This document shows positions 26,232 through 36,783 of a stretch of 64,000 nt of DNA, piece after piece (positions within the stretch are counted from its first letter, which is position 1; the number at the start of each line of letters is the position of its first letter). This DNA is from a virus, in the IMG/VR virus record IMGVR_UViG_3300023179_000073, positions 15,622 to 79,621 of that record; one strand, 5' to 3'. The notes under the pieces are model-generated. The model had not been told where the DNA came from. It was given only the letters and a program-made list of their open reading frames with translations, and searched no databases. Position numbers and translations under genes: made by a program.

Positions 26232-29200
26232 TTACATCCTCCATAATTACCGTGCCATCTTTGGTTTTGCCAAAACTAAATTTATAAGATTTGCCTTCTT
26301 CAATATGCATATATGCTTTTGGAAATACAGTAGGAAATACTGTCACAGAGTGTAAGTCTCTTGCAGTATCTGCCAAAGTTAAAGAAGCCATTTTCTTTCC
26401 AGTTTTTGTCATTCTTGGTTTAAAAGAAACAACAAACATTTCATCTTCTGTATAAGGCAATTGTTTATAACTTAAAAACTTAACAAGTGCATTTGAAGAT
26501 CCTTTTATTTCATCAATAGAAACTGTAGATACAATCCTATTGTCATTAGCAAGAACCAAGTAAGTACGACCCGTCTCAATAGTTGTTGATTCTTCATCAA
26601 ATATACCAACACTCCCAGTTTTGTCCAAAATTTCAACTCTTGACCAACCTTTTCCTCTTTTAATTGACTTTACCATACCCATTAAAATAAACGATCCTTT
26701 TTCTTCAAAGTCTTCAATTGGTTGAATAAATGCATAATAGTGAGACGGGATAGAAATATTAAATTCTGGAAGATTTAAATATTCGTAAAGGTTTTCTTTT
26801 ATATCTTCATCATTACGAGGATTATCTGGAAATGTTGCTGCACCAGTTAACCTTAGAGCATTTAGTGCTCTACTATTTACCCCATTACCTTTTGTAAAAG
26901 TAAACTCTTCAAGTTGTTTGTAACTGGTAAATGGTCTTGCATCAATATATTTTTGTGCAATATTGTTTGAAATAAATTTAATTCCAGTTAGTCCAAAGCG
27001 AATACCTTTGCCTTCAATTTTAAAATCTAAATCAGAATCATTTATGTGTGGTAATTTAATTGGAATTCCCATGCGTTTTGCTTCAATTAAATATTCTGTA
27101 CGACCATCTTTATCTTTTTCATTTTTAAGAAGGGCAAACATAAATTCAAGAGGATAGTAATATTTTAACCACGCCGTCCAATACGAAAGAGTAGAGTAAG
27201 CAACCGCATGGCTTTTATTGAACGAGTATCCCGCATGCGCTTCAAAGTCGTGCCATAAATCAAGGGCTTGATTAGGAGAAATGAACTTACTCGCCCCAGC
27301 AACAAACCTATCTTGAAAAATACCGAACTCTTTTGCATCTTTCTTTTTACCAATAATCTTTCTTACTTTGTCTGCCTCTGCCATTGTCATACCGCCAAGG
27401 TACACGCAAGCCTGCATAACTTGTTCTTGGTATAGAATACACCCATATGTATCGTCAGTAAATTCTTTCATAATTTGATGAATATAAGAAACATTTTGTT
27501 TTCCATGCTTACGAGCAATATAATCTTTACCAATAGTATTCATTGCCCCTGGACGTACTAGTGCGTTAGATGCTGCTAGTTCATTAAAATTCTTTACCCC
27601 CATTTTTACTAAAAGGTTTGTATATGGTGTTGCTTCACATTGAAACACACCTTTTGTATATCCATCTGACAACATTTCGTATACTTTTGAATCTGCCATA
27701 TCAAGAGATAAAAGATCAATATCTTTATAATGATTTGTTTTAATTATGTCAATACAATCTTTAACTACACTTAAAGTTTTAAGACCAAGGGCATCAATCT
27801 TAATTAGCCCAATTTTTTCTGCTTCTTCCATGTCAATGCCAACAACTGGAATACGTTCATCAGATCCTGGAGATGAGCGAGTTTCTAAAGGTGCATATCT
27901 AAATATTGGGTTTTTGCTAGTAACAACTCCAGCAGCATGAATTCCAGTTCCCCTAATACGACCACGTAGTTGTTCTCCATAAACCTCTACTTCTGGATAT
28001 TTTTCTCTAAACCATAATGTATTTTTAGATGTACAAAATTCATCCCATGTATCAACAAGTTTTAAAACCTTGTTAACATCTGTAAGTGGAATATCTAAAA
28101 CTCTTGCGACATCTCGCACAACACCCTTATCTTTAAACTGAAGAAATGTTGCAATAGATGCTACGTGCCTATACTGTCTAACTAAATAATCTTTTACTTC
28201 ATCACGACGAGTATCTTGAATGTCTGTATCAATATCAGGAAAGTCATTACGTTCTGGATTAATAAAACGGAAAAACAATAAGCCATGCTCTAGTGGATCA
28301 ATGTCTGTAATTCCAAGAAGATAACAAACCAAAGAACCAGCAGAAGATCCACGACCTGGACCAACCAAGATTCCTTCTTTTTTTGCCCAAGAAATCATAT
28401 TTTGAACTACAAGAAAATATGGAGCAAATTTTTTATCTCTAATAACAGATAACTCTTCATCAAGCCTTTGCTCATATATATCGTTGCCAAGCCAATTAGA
28501 GTTTAACCTTTTTTCTTCTAAGGCAGCAATGGCTAGGTTTGCTAACTCTTGATCTGGATTTTTATACTGAACAGGAAGTAAGTCAAGACTATCTTTAATA
28601 TCGTAGTCTTCTACAGTATCTGCTAGTAATAGTGTGTTTGAGTATATGTCTTCTCTATCAATGCCCTGTTTTTCCATTGCTGCTTTAATCTCTTCATATG
28701 AAAGAAGATGAATGTCAAACTTATTAAATGTTATATCACGATCATGACCATACAAATAATCAAGTCTTTCCATCATACTTGCTTTCTTTTTAGACTTTTC
28801 ATATGTTGCTTCTTTATTAACTTTTCCATGCGTATTTAAAATTAGTTTAAATTCTTGAACTTCTTTTTGTGATTCATCAACATGATGACAGTCTGGAGTA
28901 ACTATAGTTTTAATATTAAATTCATCAGCAAGGTCAATAAGATATTTATTTATTTCTGGTGTATTGTGTGGCATAACTTCAATATAGTAATCGCTACCAA
29001 AATTATCCTTAAACCACTTGATATGTTTTTTAGCAAGAGCAAATTCTTGTTCTTCTAACGCCTTAACAATAACGCTGCTAGGGCAAGCAGATGTAACAAT
29101 AATGTCTTCTTTATATTTTTGAAGAATTTCAAAATCAAATCTTGGTTTTTTAAAGAAACCTTCTGTCCATGCTATTTCACTAATTTTATTAAGATTTTCT

Positions 29201-29508
29201 AAACCTTTTTGATTCTTGGCTAGAAGGATAATGTGATTATAAACAAGATCTTGTTGACCTTCTCTTTCAGACTTATCTCTTTTATCAGATATGTCTGCAC
29301 ACATATATCCTTCTAGACCTAGAATTGGCTTTACACCTTTTGCTTTTGCAATTCGGTACAGTTCCCTATGCCCAGATAAAGTTCCGTGATCTGTGATAGC
29401 CAATGCTGGCATACCAAGTTCAACTGCTCGGTCTATGTATTCTTCTGGAGTAGCAACACCGTCAAACAGTGAGTAATGAGTGTGTACGTGTAAGCCTACG
29501 TAACTCAT
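26221..29508 (-). CDS. dnaE: DNA polymerase III alpha subunit
   Basis: PHP domain HVHTHYSLFDG/TDHG; GPGRGSSAGS; PDIDTD; HAAGVV; FNKSHA. Confidence 0.97.
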   Translation of the reverse strand: MSYVGLHVHTHYSLFDGVATPEEYIDRAVELGMPALAITDHGTLSGHRELYRIAKAKGVKPILGLEGYMCADISDKRDKSEREGQQDLVYNHIILLAKNQKGLENLNKISEIAWTEGFFKKPRFDFEILQKYKEDIIVTSACPSSVIVKALEEQEFALAKKHIKWFKDNFGSDYYIEVMPHNTPEINKYLIDLADEFNIKTIVTPDCHHVDESQKEVQEFKLILNTHGKVNKEATYEKSKKKASMMERLDYLYGHDRDITFNKFDIHLLSYEEIKAAMEKQGIDREDIYSNTLLLADTVEDYDIKDSLDLLPVQYKNPDQELANLAIAALEEKRLNSNWLGNDIYEQRLDEELSVIRDKKFAPYFLVVQNMISWAKKEGILVGPGRGSSAGSLVCYLLGITDIDPLEHGLLFFRFINPERNDFPDIDTDIQDTRRDEVKDYLVRQYRHVASIATFLQFKDKGVVRDVARVLDIPLTDVNKVLKLVDTWDEFCTSKNTLWFREKYPEVEVYGEQLRGRIRGTGIHAAGVVTSKNPIFRYAPLETRSSPGSDERIPVVGIDMEEAEKIGLIKIDALGLKTLSVVKDCIDIIKTNHYKDIDLLSLDMADSKVYEMLSDGYTKGVFQCEATPYTNLLVKMGVKNFNELAASNALVRPGAMNTIGKDYIARKHGKQNVSYIHQIMKEFTDDTYGCILYQEQVMQACVYLGGMTMAEADKVRKIIGKKKDAKEFGIFQDRFVAGASKFISPNQALDLWHDFEAHAGYSFNKSHAVAYSTLSYWTAWLKYYYPLEFMFALLKNEKDKDGRTEYLIEAKRMGIPIKLPHINDSDLDFKIEGKGIRFGLTGIKFISNNIAQKYIDARPFTSYKQLEEFTFTKGNGVNSRALNALRLTGAATFPDNPRNDEDIKENLYEYLNLPEFNISIPSHYYAFIQPIEDFEEKGSFILMGMVKSIKRGKGWSRVEILDKTGSVGIFDEESTTIETGRTYLVLANDNRIVSTVSIDEIKGSSNALVKFLSYKQLPYTEDEMFVVSFKPRMTKTGKKMASLTLADTARDLHSVTVFPTVFPKAYMHIEEGKSYKFSFGKTKDGTVIMEDVNVS

Positions 29509-29509
29509 C

Positions 29510-30166
29510 TTACCAATCTGTGTTGGTTGATGATGTTACAGATGGGGTATCAAACCCCAAATAGAATGCTTCTTGTTCAGCATAAGGAATTTTCTTTAAT
29601 GCTAACTCAAGAGCGTATGGCTTATATGCTGACCAGTCAAATGGTTCTTTGTCTGGTGCAGATGGAATAAGTGTGTAACTTGTTTCAGTGCCTTGACCGT
29701 TACGCTTTAATTTCCATGAAATATTTGAGATGCTTCCTGTTTCAAGAGCATACTCACGAATAGTATTAAATGCAGATTGCTTGCTTACACCCATTGACCA
29801 AATGGCTATGTATGGCTCTTCAATGCCATCATCTACTAATACATTGCAATAAAAACGAAGACGTGCTCTCCAACCAGCCTTTGGATCTTTACGATGCATT
29901 TCTTCAGCCCAGTCACGGCCTTCTGTTTCCATAGTGTCTACAGCCTTGCGCTTATAATCTTTTGGATTTGTGTGTTCTTTAACAACAAGTGCTAAGCCAC
30001 GGTCTGCGCTATAGTTTGCAGAATCTTCGTCAAGTTCTTCAACGAATCTAATTTTTGCAGATTGTCCATCAGCAAGTTTTAACCATCTTACTTTTGGGGA
30101 GTTTTCATCATATTTTGGTTTATCAACTAGGGCATTAATATTTTTGAGTCCCTTTACAATAGTCAT
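29510..30166 (-). CDS. Single-stranded DNA-binding protein (gp32-like)
   Basis: KLADGQSAKIRF, KRNGQGTETSY, acidic/aromatic C-terminus; next to dnaE. Confidence 0.7.
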   Translation of the reverse strand: MTIVKGLKNINALVDKPKYDENSPKVRWLKLADGQSAKIRFVEELDEDSANYSADRGLALVVKEHTNPKDYKRKAVDTMETEGRDWAEEMHRKDPKAGWRARLRFYCNVLVDDGIEEPYIAIWSMGVSKQSAFNTIREYALETGSISNISWKLKRNGQGTETSYTLIPSAPDKEPFDWSAYKPYALELALKKIPYAEQEAFYLGFDTPSVTSSTNTDW

Positions 30167-30194
30167 ATTATTTTTTTCTCCTTGTTTTTATTAT

Positions 30195-30509
30195 TTATAA
30201 TACTATTCCAAAATGTTTTAAAATAAATATGATAGCAAGAATGCTCCACAATATATTAAACCATATTAAAGTTGGTATAGTTTTTACTGTTGATGACCAT
30301 ATTAAACCTAAACTTGATATCAAAGCAAAAATGTAAAACCACCATATACTGATATCAAATAAAAGACCTGGAATAATAATTACACCTTTTGCAACAAATG
30401 CAAAAAATTCAACTGTATTGGCTTTTGTCCAATACTTTTTGTGACCCATTGTTTTTAGTGCAATAAGCCATTCCATATGCCTTTTCTTTTTTTTATTTTT
30501 TATAGTCAT
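30195..30509 (-). CDS. Small multi-TM membrane protein (moron-like)
   Basis: Three hydrophobic segments; own TGTTAAAAT promoter with leaderless ATG. Confidence 0.7.
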   Translation of the reverse strand: MTIKNKKKKRHMEWLIALKTMGHKKYWTKANTVEFFAFVAKGVIIIPGLLFDISIWWFYIFALISSLGLIWSSTVKTIPTLIWFNILWSILAIIFILKHFGIVL

Positions 30510-30514
30510 CTTTT

Positions 30515-31438
30515 CTATTTTAACATACTGCTAATAGAATTGTCAAACTGGAACTCCAGTTTTTTAATTGCATCATCATCCATGTCGCCTATATCTTTAT
30601 ATTTTTTGTCTATATATACAGAAGTAACAATGGGTCCAAGTCTTTGAATTAACTTATCTCTCATTATTATTCCTGCATCATCGTTATCTGCAATCAAAAT
30701 AATATTATTAAAATACTTTTCTAATAGTTTTATTTGTGCTGCAGAAACATTAGCCCCTAGCGTAGCAACCGCAGGGAATCCTACTTGATCCAACCTAATT
30801 GCATCAAAAGAAGACTCTACTACATAGACAATACTTGATGTTTTTATTCTATGTAAATTGAATAATGTCTTGCCTTTTGGCAGGCCAGGAGTATTCTTAA
30901 ATTCTTTACCTTCAATTGTCCTGGCAACAAACCCTATACACATACCGTCTGGAGAGTGTATTGGAATTGTAACTGAATCTTGTTTTTCTGAATAGCCAAG
31001 GTTAAATTTAATTACTGAATCTTTGGTGATTTTTCTACCCTCGTAGTATCTGGTTGCCCTTGGAGATTCCAATGCTTGATTATTTAATCTTTTAATTAAT
31101 AATTCATCATACTGAACAAATTCTGGCTTACTTATTAATGCTTTGTTTACTGATGTTTCAATGCTAGTTTCTTGTTCTTTACTTTTAATATATCTTATTG
31201 CTTCAAAGTATGTCCTATTAGATATATACATTACAAACTCAACAAGAGTTTTTGTGGTTTGACATCCAAAACAAAAAAACAATCCATGTTCTTTTGATAC
31301 TTCTCCAGCAGGAGTTCTGTTGTTATTGTGATAAGGACAAAATATAATATAATCTGTTCCATACTCAGCCTCAATGTCAATACCAGCACCAGTTAGTACA
31401 CGATAAACTTGTTCTGCAGTATATGAATCTTTAACCAT
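30515..31438 (-). CDS. dnaG: DNA primase (CHC2 Zn finger + TOPRIM)
   Basis: CPYH..CFGC; VESSFDA; ADNDDAG; KDIGDM. Confidence 0.9.
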   Translation of the reverse strand: MVKDSYTAEQVYRVLTGAGIDIEAEYGTDYIIFCPYHNNNRTPAGEVSKEHGLFFCFGCQTTKTLVEFVMYISNRTYFEAIRYIKSKEQETSIETSVNKALISKPEFVQYDELLIKRLNNQALESPRATRYYEGRKITKDSVIKFNLGYSEKQDSVTIPIHSPDGMCIGFVARTIEGKEFKNTPGLPKGKTLFNLHRIKTSSIVYVVESSFDAIRLDQVGFPAVATLGANVSAAQIKLLEKYFNNIILIADNDDAGIIMRDKLIQRLGPIVTSVYIDKKYKDIGDMDDDAIKKLEFQFDNSISSMLK

Positions 31439-32657
31439 TCTTGTCCTCGTAATCCTTGTAGCGATAGTATCCTCTATCAAAATCTACCTGAACTAAAAAG
31501 TCTCCCATAAAACCATTTCTGTTTTTTCTAAATACGCATTCAATAATATCACTATTGGTTGCACGACCAAGGGCCATTACCCAGTCAGCATCATAAGCAA
31601 TTTGTCTAGACCAAGCAGTTTGTCCTAAAGTTGGCGGGGTAGAAAGATCTTTAACATCATCTGGAGTAGCAGATGAAATAGCAATAATAGGAACCTCTTC
31701 GCTAATAGACATTAGTTTAAGTTCTCGTGAAAGGTTTTTCATACGTACCGTTTCATTATCAGCCTTTTGGTTTGGTGACATTAATTGTAAATAATCAACA
31801 ATAACAAAATCTGGTTTGTATTGATCAATTTTTCCACGTATAACTGAAGGAGTTAGATCTCCACCATTGTCATTAGATATAATATGAAATTGTGGTTTAC
31901 CTGCTAGTTTATCTGCATGCCATTTTTTAAGCATTTCAATCTCTACTTCACCGTTGCTAAGTTTACGATGAGACCACAAACCTTCACCCATAATTGCAAA
32001 TACACGATTACGGACCTCTGTTTCAGACATTTCAAGGCTTATGATAAGTGGGCTACGACCCTGTTTCCAAGCCTGTACAGCGAAATACAGAGCCAACCAA
32101 GACTTTCCAATGCCTGGATATGCAAGAAAGACTCCTAGTTGTCCTGGCATTATTCCAGAAGGTAGGTAGTTATCAAACCCTGGTAATCCTGTTTTAATTC
32201 CAATATGTCCAAGATCTTGCATTTTCTTTACGTTCTCAAAATAGGCAATTGCTGATTCAAGGTCTGTTACTTCAATATCTCTAATTGCAGCAGTATTCTT
32301 TTTTAGTTCTGATGTTTTTGTAATAAGATGTTCAAGGGCATTTGTTCCATTACCGCCTTGAACTTCAGATGCTGCGTTACGTAAAATGTCTTTAAGGCTA
32401 TCATTTAAATATTCGGTTTGTAATTCTTCAAGATGATGTTTAGTTGCACCAACACCTTCTACTGGAACAAAGTCTCTAAACTTTTCTACAACTAATGATG
32501 CTGGTGGAACTGATTGATTATTTTCTGAATACAGCCTGATAAAATTCCAGACGTCATTATGAGTTCTTAAAAGGTTATCAACATTCGCTTGTAATAATAC
32601 GTGTATTTGTTTATCATTTAATACTGCAGTTATTAACTTTGCTTCCGTATTATTCAC
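31431..32657 (-). CDS. dnaB: Replicative DnaB-like helicase
   Basis: AYPGIGKS, SLEMS, VDYLQLM, KNRNG. Confidence 0.93.
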   Translation of the reverse strand: MNNTEAKLITAVLNDKQIHVLLQANVDNLLRTHNDVWNFIRLYSENNQSVPPASLVVEKFRDFVPVEGVGATKHHLEELQTEYLNDSLKDILRNAASEVQGGNGTNALEHLITKTSELKKNTAAIRDIEVTDLESAIAYFENVKKMQDLGHIGIKTGLPGFDNYLPSGIMPGQLGVFLAYPGIGKSWLALYFAVQAWKQGRSPLIISLEMSETEVRNRVFAIMGEGLWSHRKLSNGEVEIEMLKKWHADKLAGKPQFHIISNDNGGDLTPSVIRGKIDQYKPDFVIVDYLQLMSPNQKADNETVRMKNLSRELKLMSISEEVPIIAISSATPDDVKDLSTPPTLGQTAWSRQIAYDADWVMALGRATNSDIIECVFRKNRNGFMGDFLVQVDFDRGYYRYKDYEDKNG

Positions 32658-32958
32658 TAATCCACTTCCTTGCCAATTTTCTTCGTTCTTCTCGCTCTTT
32701 AATATCTTGCTCTACTTCTATTTTACCACTAAGAATTTTTTCTGCATTATAAGCAAAATAATTCCAAGTAGGATTTTCTGCTATTTTAAAGTAATAATCT
32801 AACAAATCATAGCATTGAGAAATACCGTAAGACTCAACAAGAGCATCAGAAGCCCATTGCTCAACGTTAAGATTTATGTTGCTTTTGGCTTCATATTTTT
32901 GTAGATGTAGTTTATTATACCTACTTAGCAAAGCCATACGGTCTTTGCGTTCTGCCAC
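32650..32958 (-). CDS. Hypothetical protein (possible helicase loader)
   Basis: Overlaps the dnaB start; function inferred from position only. Confidence 0.55.
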   Translation of the reverse strand: MAERKDRMALLSRYNKLHLQKYEAKSNINLNVEQWASDALVESYGISQCYDLLDYYFKIAENPTWNYFAYNAEKILSGKIEVEQDIKEREERRKLARKWISE

Positions 32959-33167
32959 TATTCGCCTTTAAATTCTTTTGCTTCGTTACTTTTCTCAATT
33001 AGTTTGTTTTCAACAAACTTATACACACGCTCAAATGCTTGATCTATATTTTCTTCATCACGCTTGTAGTCAACAATACCAAGGTCAAACCTTACTGATT
33101 GGAAATTGCCTAGATTATGTGTATATCCTAGTGTTACTGATACTTTTGTATTTTTATTTTCTTCCAT
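32958..33167 (-). CDS. Hypothetical protein
   Basis: LGYTHNLGNFQSVRFD motif. Confidence 0.75.
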   Translation of the reverse strand: MEENKNTKVSVTLGYTHNLGNFQSVRFDLGIVDYKRDEENIDQAFERVYKFVENKLIEKSNEAKEFKGE

Positions 33168-33185
33168 ACCCCACCTTTTCTATTA

Positions 33186-33728
33186 TTAAATATTCTCTGC
33201 CCAAACAGGAATAAATCTGCCATCCTCTGTCTTCGTATATGTAAGTATACCGTCACCCATGCGCCTTGTCAATTCTTGGCTTGTAGGTGTCATATTATTT
33301 GTTATAAGTCCATCTTTTCTTGGTTGTCCTATATGTATAGTAGCCAGTATAGCACGAATCTCTTTAACCATGCTTTCTGAATAATATGATCTAATTCTAA
33401 AACCACGCTCTCCATTTAACTTAGCCCCAACTGGTGGCGGGATCATTCCAGTCTTAATTAACTTAGGCATATATTTTCTATGACGATTAATTAATTTAGC
33501 AGTCTCTGCTACTGTATATGCACGTTCCCTGTTTTTTCTAAAATCAGCACGAAGACAAGTTTCAAGTCTATCTTTTGTAATATTATAAACAGAGACAAGT
33601 CCTGTGGATCTTGAACTATGATGAAGTCTAACTAAATCACCATTAAGAAACCATATTTTTTGATTACCCTTAATTACAGTGGCGTTATTGTATATTTCGC
33701 CCTGAATAATTCCTTTGCTAGTAACCAT
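33186..33728 (-). CDS. MerR-like HTH DNA-binding protein
   Basis: AYTVAETAKLINRH...RSYYSE. Confidence 0.7.
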   Translation of the reverse strand: MVTSKGIIQGEIYNNATVIKGNQKIWFLNGDLVRLHHSSRSTGLVSVYNITKDRLETCLRADFRKNRERAYTVAETAKLINRHRKYMPKLIKTGMIPPPVGAKLNGERGFRIRSYYSESMVKEIRAILATIHIGQPRKDGLITNNMTPTSQELTRRMGDGILTYTKTEDGRFIPVWAENI

Positions 33729-33865
33729 CTTCCCTGTTCACTTTCTGTCGGTGGATGAAAAAATGATCTTGATCCACAGACCATACAATAAGTTTCCATA
33801 TGTTGCAAACTACTATATTGTCTATCAATAAAGAGTCTGCCATTGCATTTTTTGCAATAAAGCAT
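33674..33865 (-). CDS. Zn-ribbon protein
   Basis: CKKCNG...CMVCG. Confidence 0.7.
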   Translation of the reverse strand: MLYCKKCNGRLFIDRQYSSLQHMETYCMVCGSRSFFHPPTESEQGRWLLAKELFRAKYTITPL

Positions 33866-33881
33866 TTTTTAATTTTTATCC

Positions 33882-34322
33882 TTAGTTTGGAATTCCAACA
33901 ATAATTAAATTTACTGCTAGAGATAAATTACCAGATGCTCCAAATCTTACAGCACCTTCAATTCTAGATGTAGTTACAGTATTTAAAACAACGCTAATAT
34001 TTTGTCCCGCTGGCGTTTGTCCAATATTAACTGGTGTTGCTGTAACAATTGGAGGGTATTTAAAGTCGCTAAGATCATATGTAAAAGTTTTTTCGTTTCC
34101 AGCAGTAACAGTTGCATCACTGTAAATAGGAACATATGCACCAATTATTCTGGTTTCTGATGTTTTTGTATTTTGTTTACCTGCAGTTACAGTATCTATA
34201 GTTGTATAGTTATATGTTGCAGATGATACTTGTGTAGATAAATCATTTACAGCATCAACAAGTGAATATAAATATGTAACATCAAGGGGTTGCCCTCTTT
34301 CTGGTAGCGGTACTTTAGCCAT
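33882..34322 (-). CDS. Minor tail protein
   Basis: Beta-rich, FKYPPIVTAT; last gene of the tail block. Confidence 0.65.
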   Translation of the reverse strand: MAKVPLPERGQPLDVTYLYSLVDAVNDLSTQVSSATYNYTTIDTVTAGKQNTKTSETRIIGAYVPIYSDATVTAGNEKTFTYDLSDFKYPPIVTATPVNIGQTPAGQNISVVLNTVTTSRIEGAVRFGASGNLSLAVNLIIVGIPN

Positions 34323-34339
34323 TATTTCCTCCTATTTGA

Positions 34340-34765
34340 TTATACCAAAACTTCAATGCCTGAATCATATATTTCAAGACCTGCATTTAATACTTTACTT
34401 GATGATTCAACTTGAATAATAACACGAACATTTGTTACTCCAGTATTAATAAAAGAGTATGTGTGTATTGGAGATGTTCCATGATAGATTGGGGTAGTAT
34501 TATCAAATCCAACAAAAATATCATATTTTGGTCTATTTAATTCATCATCCCATACAACAGTAGTAATTGTTTCCGTAATTTGCAATGCTCCAGTAACTGA
34601 TGCAATAGAATCATCTTCAACAATATTTATTGGAGACCATTGAGAAGTTCTGTTTTTATCATCAGAAACAATCCTATATCTAAAGATATACCCAACACTA
34701 TCAGAGTTTATTGCTGGTAATAATGCCTTTTTAATAATTACTTTTTTAATACCTGAATCAGCCAT
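34340..34765 (-). CDS. Minor tail protein (FN3-like)
   Basis: YRIVSDDKNRTSQWSP; tail block. Confidence 0.6.
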   Translation of the reverse strand: MADSGIKKVIIKKALLPAINSDSVGYIFRYRIVSDDKNRTSQWSPINIVEDDSIASVTGALQITETITTVVWDDELNRPKYDIFVGFDNTTPIYHGTSPIHTYSFINTGVTNVRVIIQVESSSKVLNAGLEIYDSGIEVLV

Positions 34766-35934
34766 TATGATTGTATTCCGCCAGAAACGTCTACAGAAAA
34801 TCTAAATTCAATATAATTATTTGTGTTAGGATTTTTAATGATTGGCGATGCATCTGCGTTCTGAATAACTGAATATCCTGTTAGTCCATATAATGGATTT
34901 ACTGTTGCAATGTTTTCTAATCTTAATGAATCTAAAGCAACATAATAATCTGGCGATGGAACTAATGATGGGCCACTATCTTCTTCAAGGACACATGCGT
35001 ATATTTTAATGTTTGTTACTGCATCCCATGTAAAGTTTGCACTTCTATATAATTCTTGAAGTTGTTTAGTTACAACAAAATATCTTTCAGTGGAAAAGTC
35101 ATACGCTCCACCACTACTATCATCTAAAACTTCCGCTTCAAGTCTTGCAAATTCATTTCCATTTGTAGATGCAAACTCAACAAGAACTCTTACTGTATGT
35201 GGAACTAAGGCTGAGTCTCCATCTTTATTTATTAAAGAAAATGCTAAACGCAATTCATCTGTAGGAGAGTTTTTGTTAAAATCAATTGCAGTTCCAGTTA
35301 AGCGTATATAGTTAGAATCTTCTTCAACTACAAAATGATCTAGTGTTGGACCGCTATCTTCGCTAATTGTAAGATGTGCTTCGTCACCTTGAATCATAAT
35401 AATATTATTTAAAAATCTTGGCCTTTCATATCTTTCGGCTCTGTTTGTTTTAAAAAATATTGGATTATCAGATGCGGTTTGAAACACAGGATCTTCAATT
35501 GCAATAATATTATTATTTTCTGGTTGATCAAGTGCTGATAAAAATGTATCAATTTCTACTGCTGCGCCTATAGATTGATATTCCCAATTTTCTGTTTGTG
35601 TAAAAGCAAATACAGTTTTACTATCATATGCACCAGCAGCGGGATTAAAGCCTGCTGAATAAATTCCTACTTCTGTTATTTCATATCTTTCTTCTGTAGG
35701 TAATTCTGCAGTTAATACAATTTTATCTATACCGCCTTCATTTACAAAACCTCTTGAAGAAATTGGTACACGAAACATTTCAAAATCTAAATTATTTTTT
35801 GTTGAGTAATCGCCTAATTCATCTCCTGTTGCCAACGGGGTAGCACCACAACCAACAGCCAAATATGAAGCATACGCTGGAGCCTGTCCAAGCAGGTATT
35901 TAGCAATAATATTTTTACCAGTATTAGTTATCAT
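34765..35934 (-). CDS. Minor tail / baseplate protein
   Basis: MITNTGKNIIAKYL..YLAVGCG and EITEVGIY tail-fibre-adaptor-like N-terminus. Confidence 0.75.
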   Translation of the reverse strand: MITNTGKNIIAKYLLGQAPAYASYLAVGCGATPLATGDELGDYSTKNNLDFEMFRVPISSRGFVNEGGIDKIVLTAELPTEERYEITEVGIYSAGFNPAAGAYDSKTVFAFTQTENWEYQSIGAAVEIDTFLSALDQPENNNIIAIEDPVFQTASDNPIFFKTNRAERYERPRFLNNIIMIQGDEAHLTISEDSGPTLDHFVVEEDSNYIRLTGTAIDFNKNSPTDELRLAFSLINKDGDSALVPHTVRVLVEFASTNGNEFARLEAEVLDDSSGGAYDFSTERYFVVTKQLQELYRSANFTWDAVTNIKIYACVLEEDSGPSLVPSPDYYVALDSLRLENIATVNPLYGLTGYSVIQNADASPIIKNPNTNNYIEFRFSVDVSGGIQS

Positions 35935-36782
35935 GATGCATATTCTCCAAGGTCTGCCTCATATATTGTACCACTTGTAGTTATTTGTGTTTCTACTTGT
36001 TCATCATTGTTTAAATTAATAAACTCAATAACCAAGTCTCCTAATTCATTTAAATAAACATTACTACCGTTTGCCCCATTGCCCTCTTCTGGAATTTTAT
36101 TTTCTAATTTTATAGCAAATCCAGCAAAAAATTTATCAGAAGTTTTTTGTAGTCCAAGAATATTGTTTGGGTTGTACTGTTGTTGTATTGCAGATAAATT
36201 TTTAATTGGCTGATATGATATTTTTTGTCCATTAACAATGTCAGATCTTGTTATACTTAACAATTCTTGACCACCAATATCTTCAAATATTAAATCAGCC
36301 ATTACCTCTATTGGCACTGCTTCTTCGTCAAACAAAACGGTATCTATTGGTGCTGTTTTAACTGGAGCAGTTTCTACAGAAAACATTCTCATTGCTGGTG
36401 TTATTTCTGGTACTGCTGGGGTTGCAGTAATATTTGCAGATTCAGGTGCTGGAGCCTTTATTACTCCAGAATCTAGTGATCTTCCAAAATACTCTGCTTC
36501 TTTTTTATTTAAAATTGCAAGCATTGCCATAGAATCTATATGACCATTTGAAAGTGTTACTGATGCTCTTTCATTTGCTGTTAACTGTTGATATGCAGGT
36601 ACATCATTAAAATATCCTTGAGCATTTACTCCACCTCTACGCTCAACTTCTGCTGCTCCAACAATTCCTATTGCTTCTGCTGTTTTAGCAGCATCAATTG
36701 CATTACTAACTACATTGCCTGCTTCATTTGCTAAGTTCCTACCCATTTCTTTTGCCCAGTTTTGGCTATCTGCATAACCCAT
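35931..36782 (-). CDS. Putative minor tail protein
   Basis: Position in tail block; FEDIGGQELL. Confidence 0.6.
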   Translation of the reverse strand: MGYADSQNWAKEMGRNLANEAGNVVSNAIDAAKTAEAIGIVGAAEVERRGGVNAQGYFNDVPAYQQLTANERASVTLSNGHIDSMAMLAILNKKEAEYFGRSLDSGVIKAPAPESANITATPAVPEITPAMRMFSVETAPVKTAPIDTVLFDEEAVPIEVMADLIFEDIGGQELLSITRSDIVNGQKISYQPIKNLSAIQQQYNPNNILGLQKTSDKFFAGFAIKLENKIPEEGNGANGSNVYLNELGDLVIEFINLNNDEQVETQITTSGTIYEADLGEYAS

Positions 36783-36783
36783 T

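Noticed and set aside
26221-29508. Inteins or introns in dnaE, terL, recA, dnaB or nrdJ
   Set aside because: Lengths are ordinary and I saw no splice-junction or homing-endonuclease inserts
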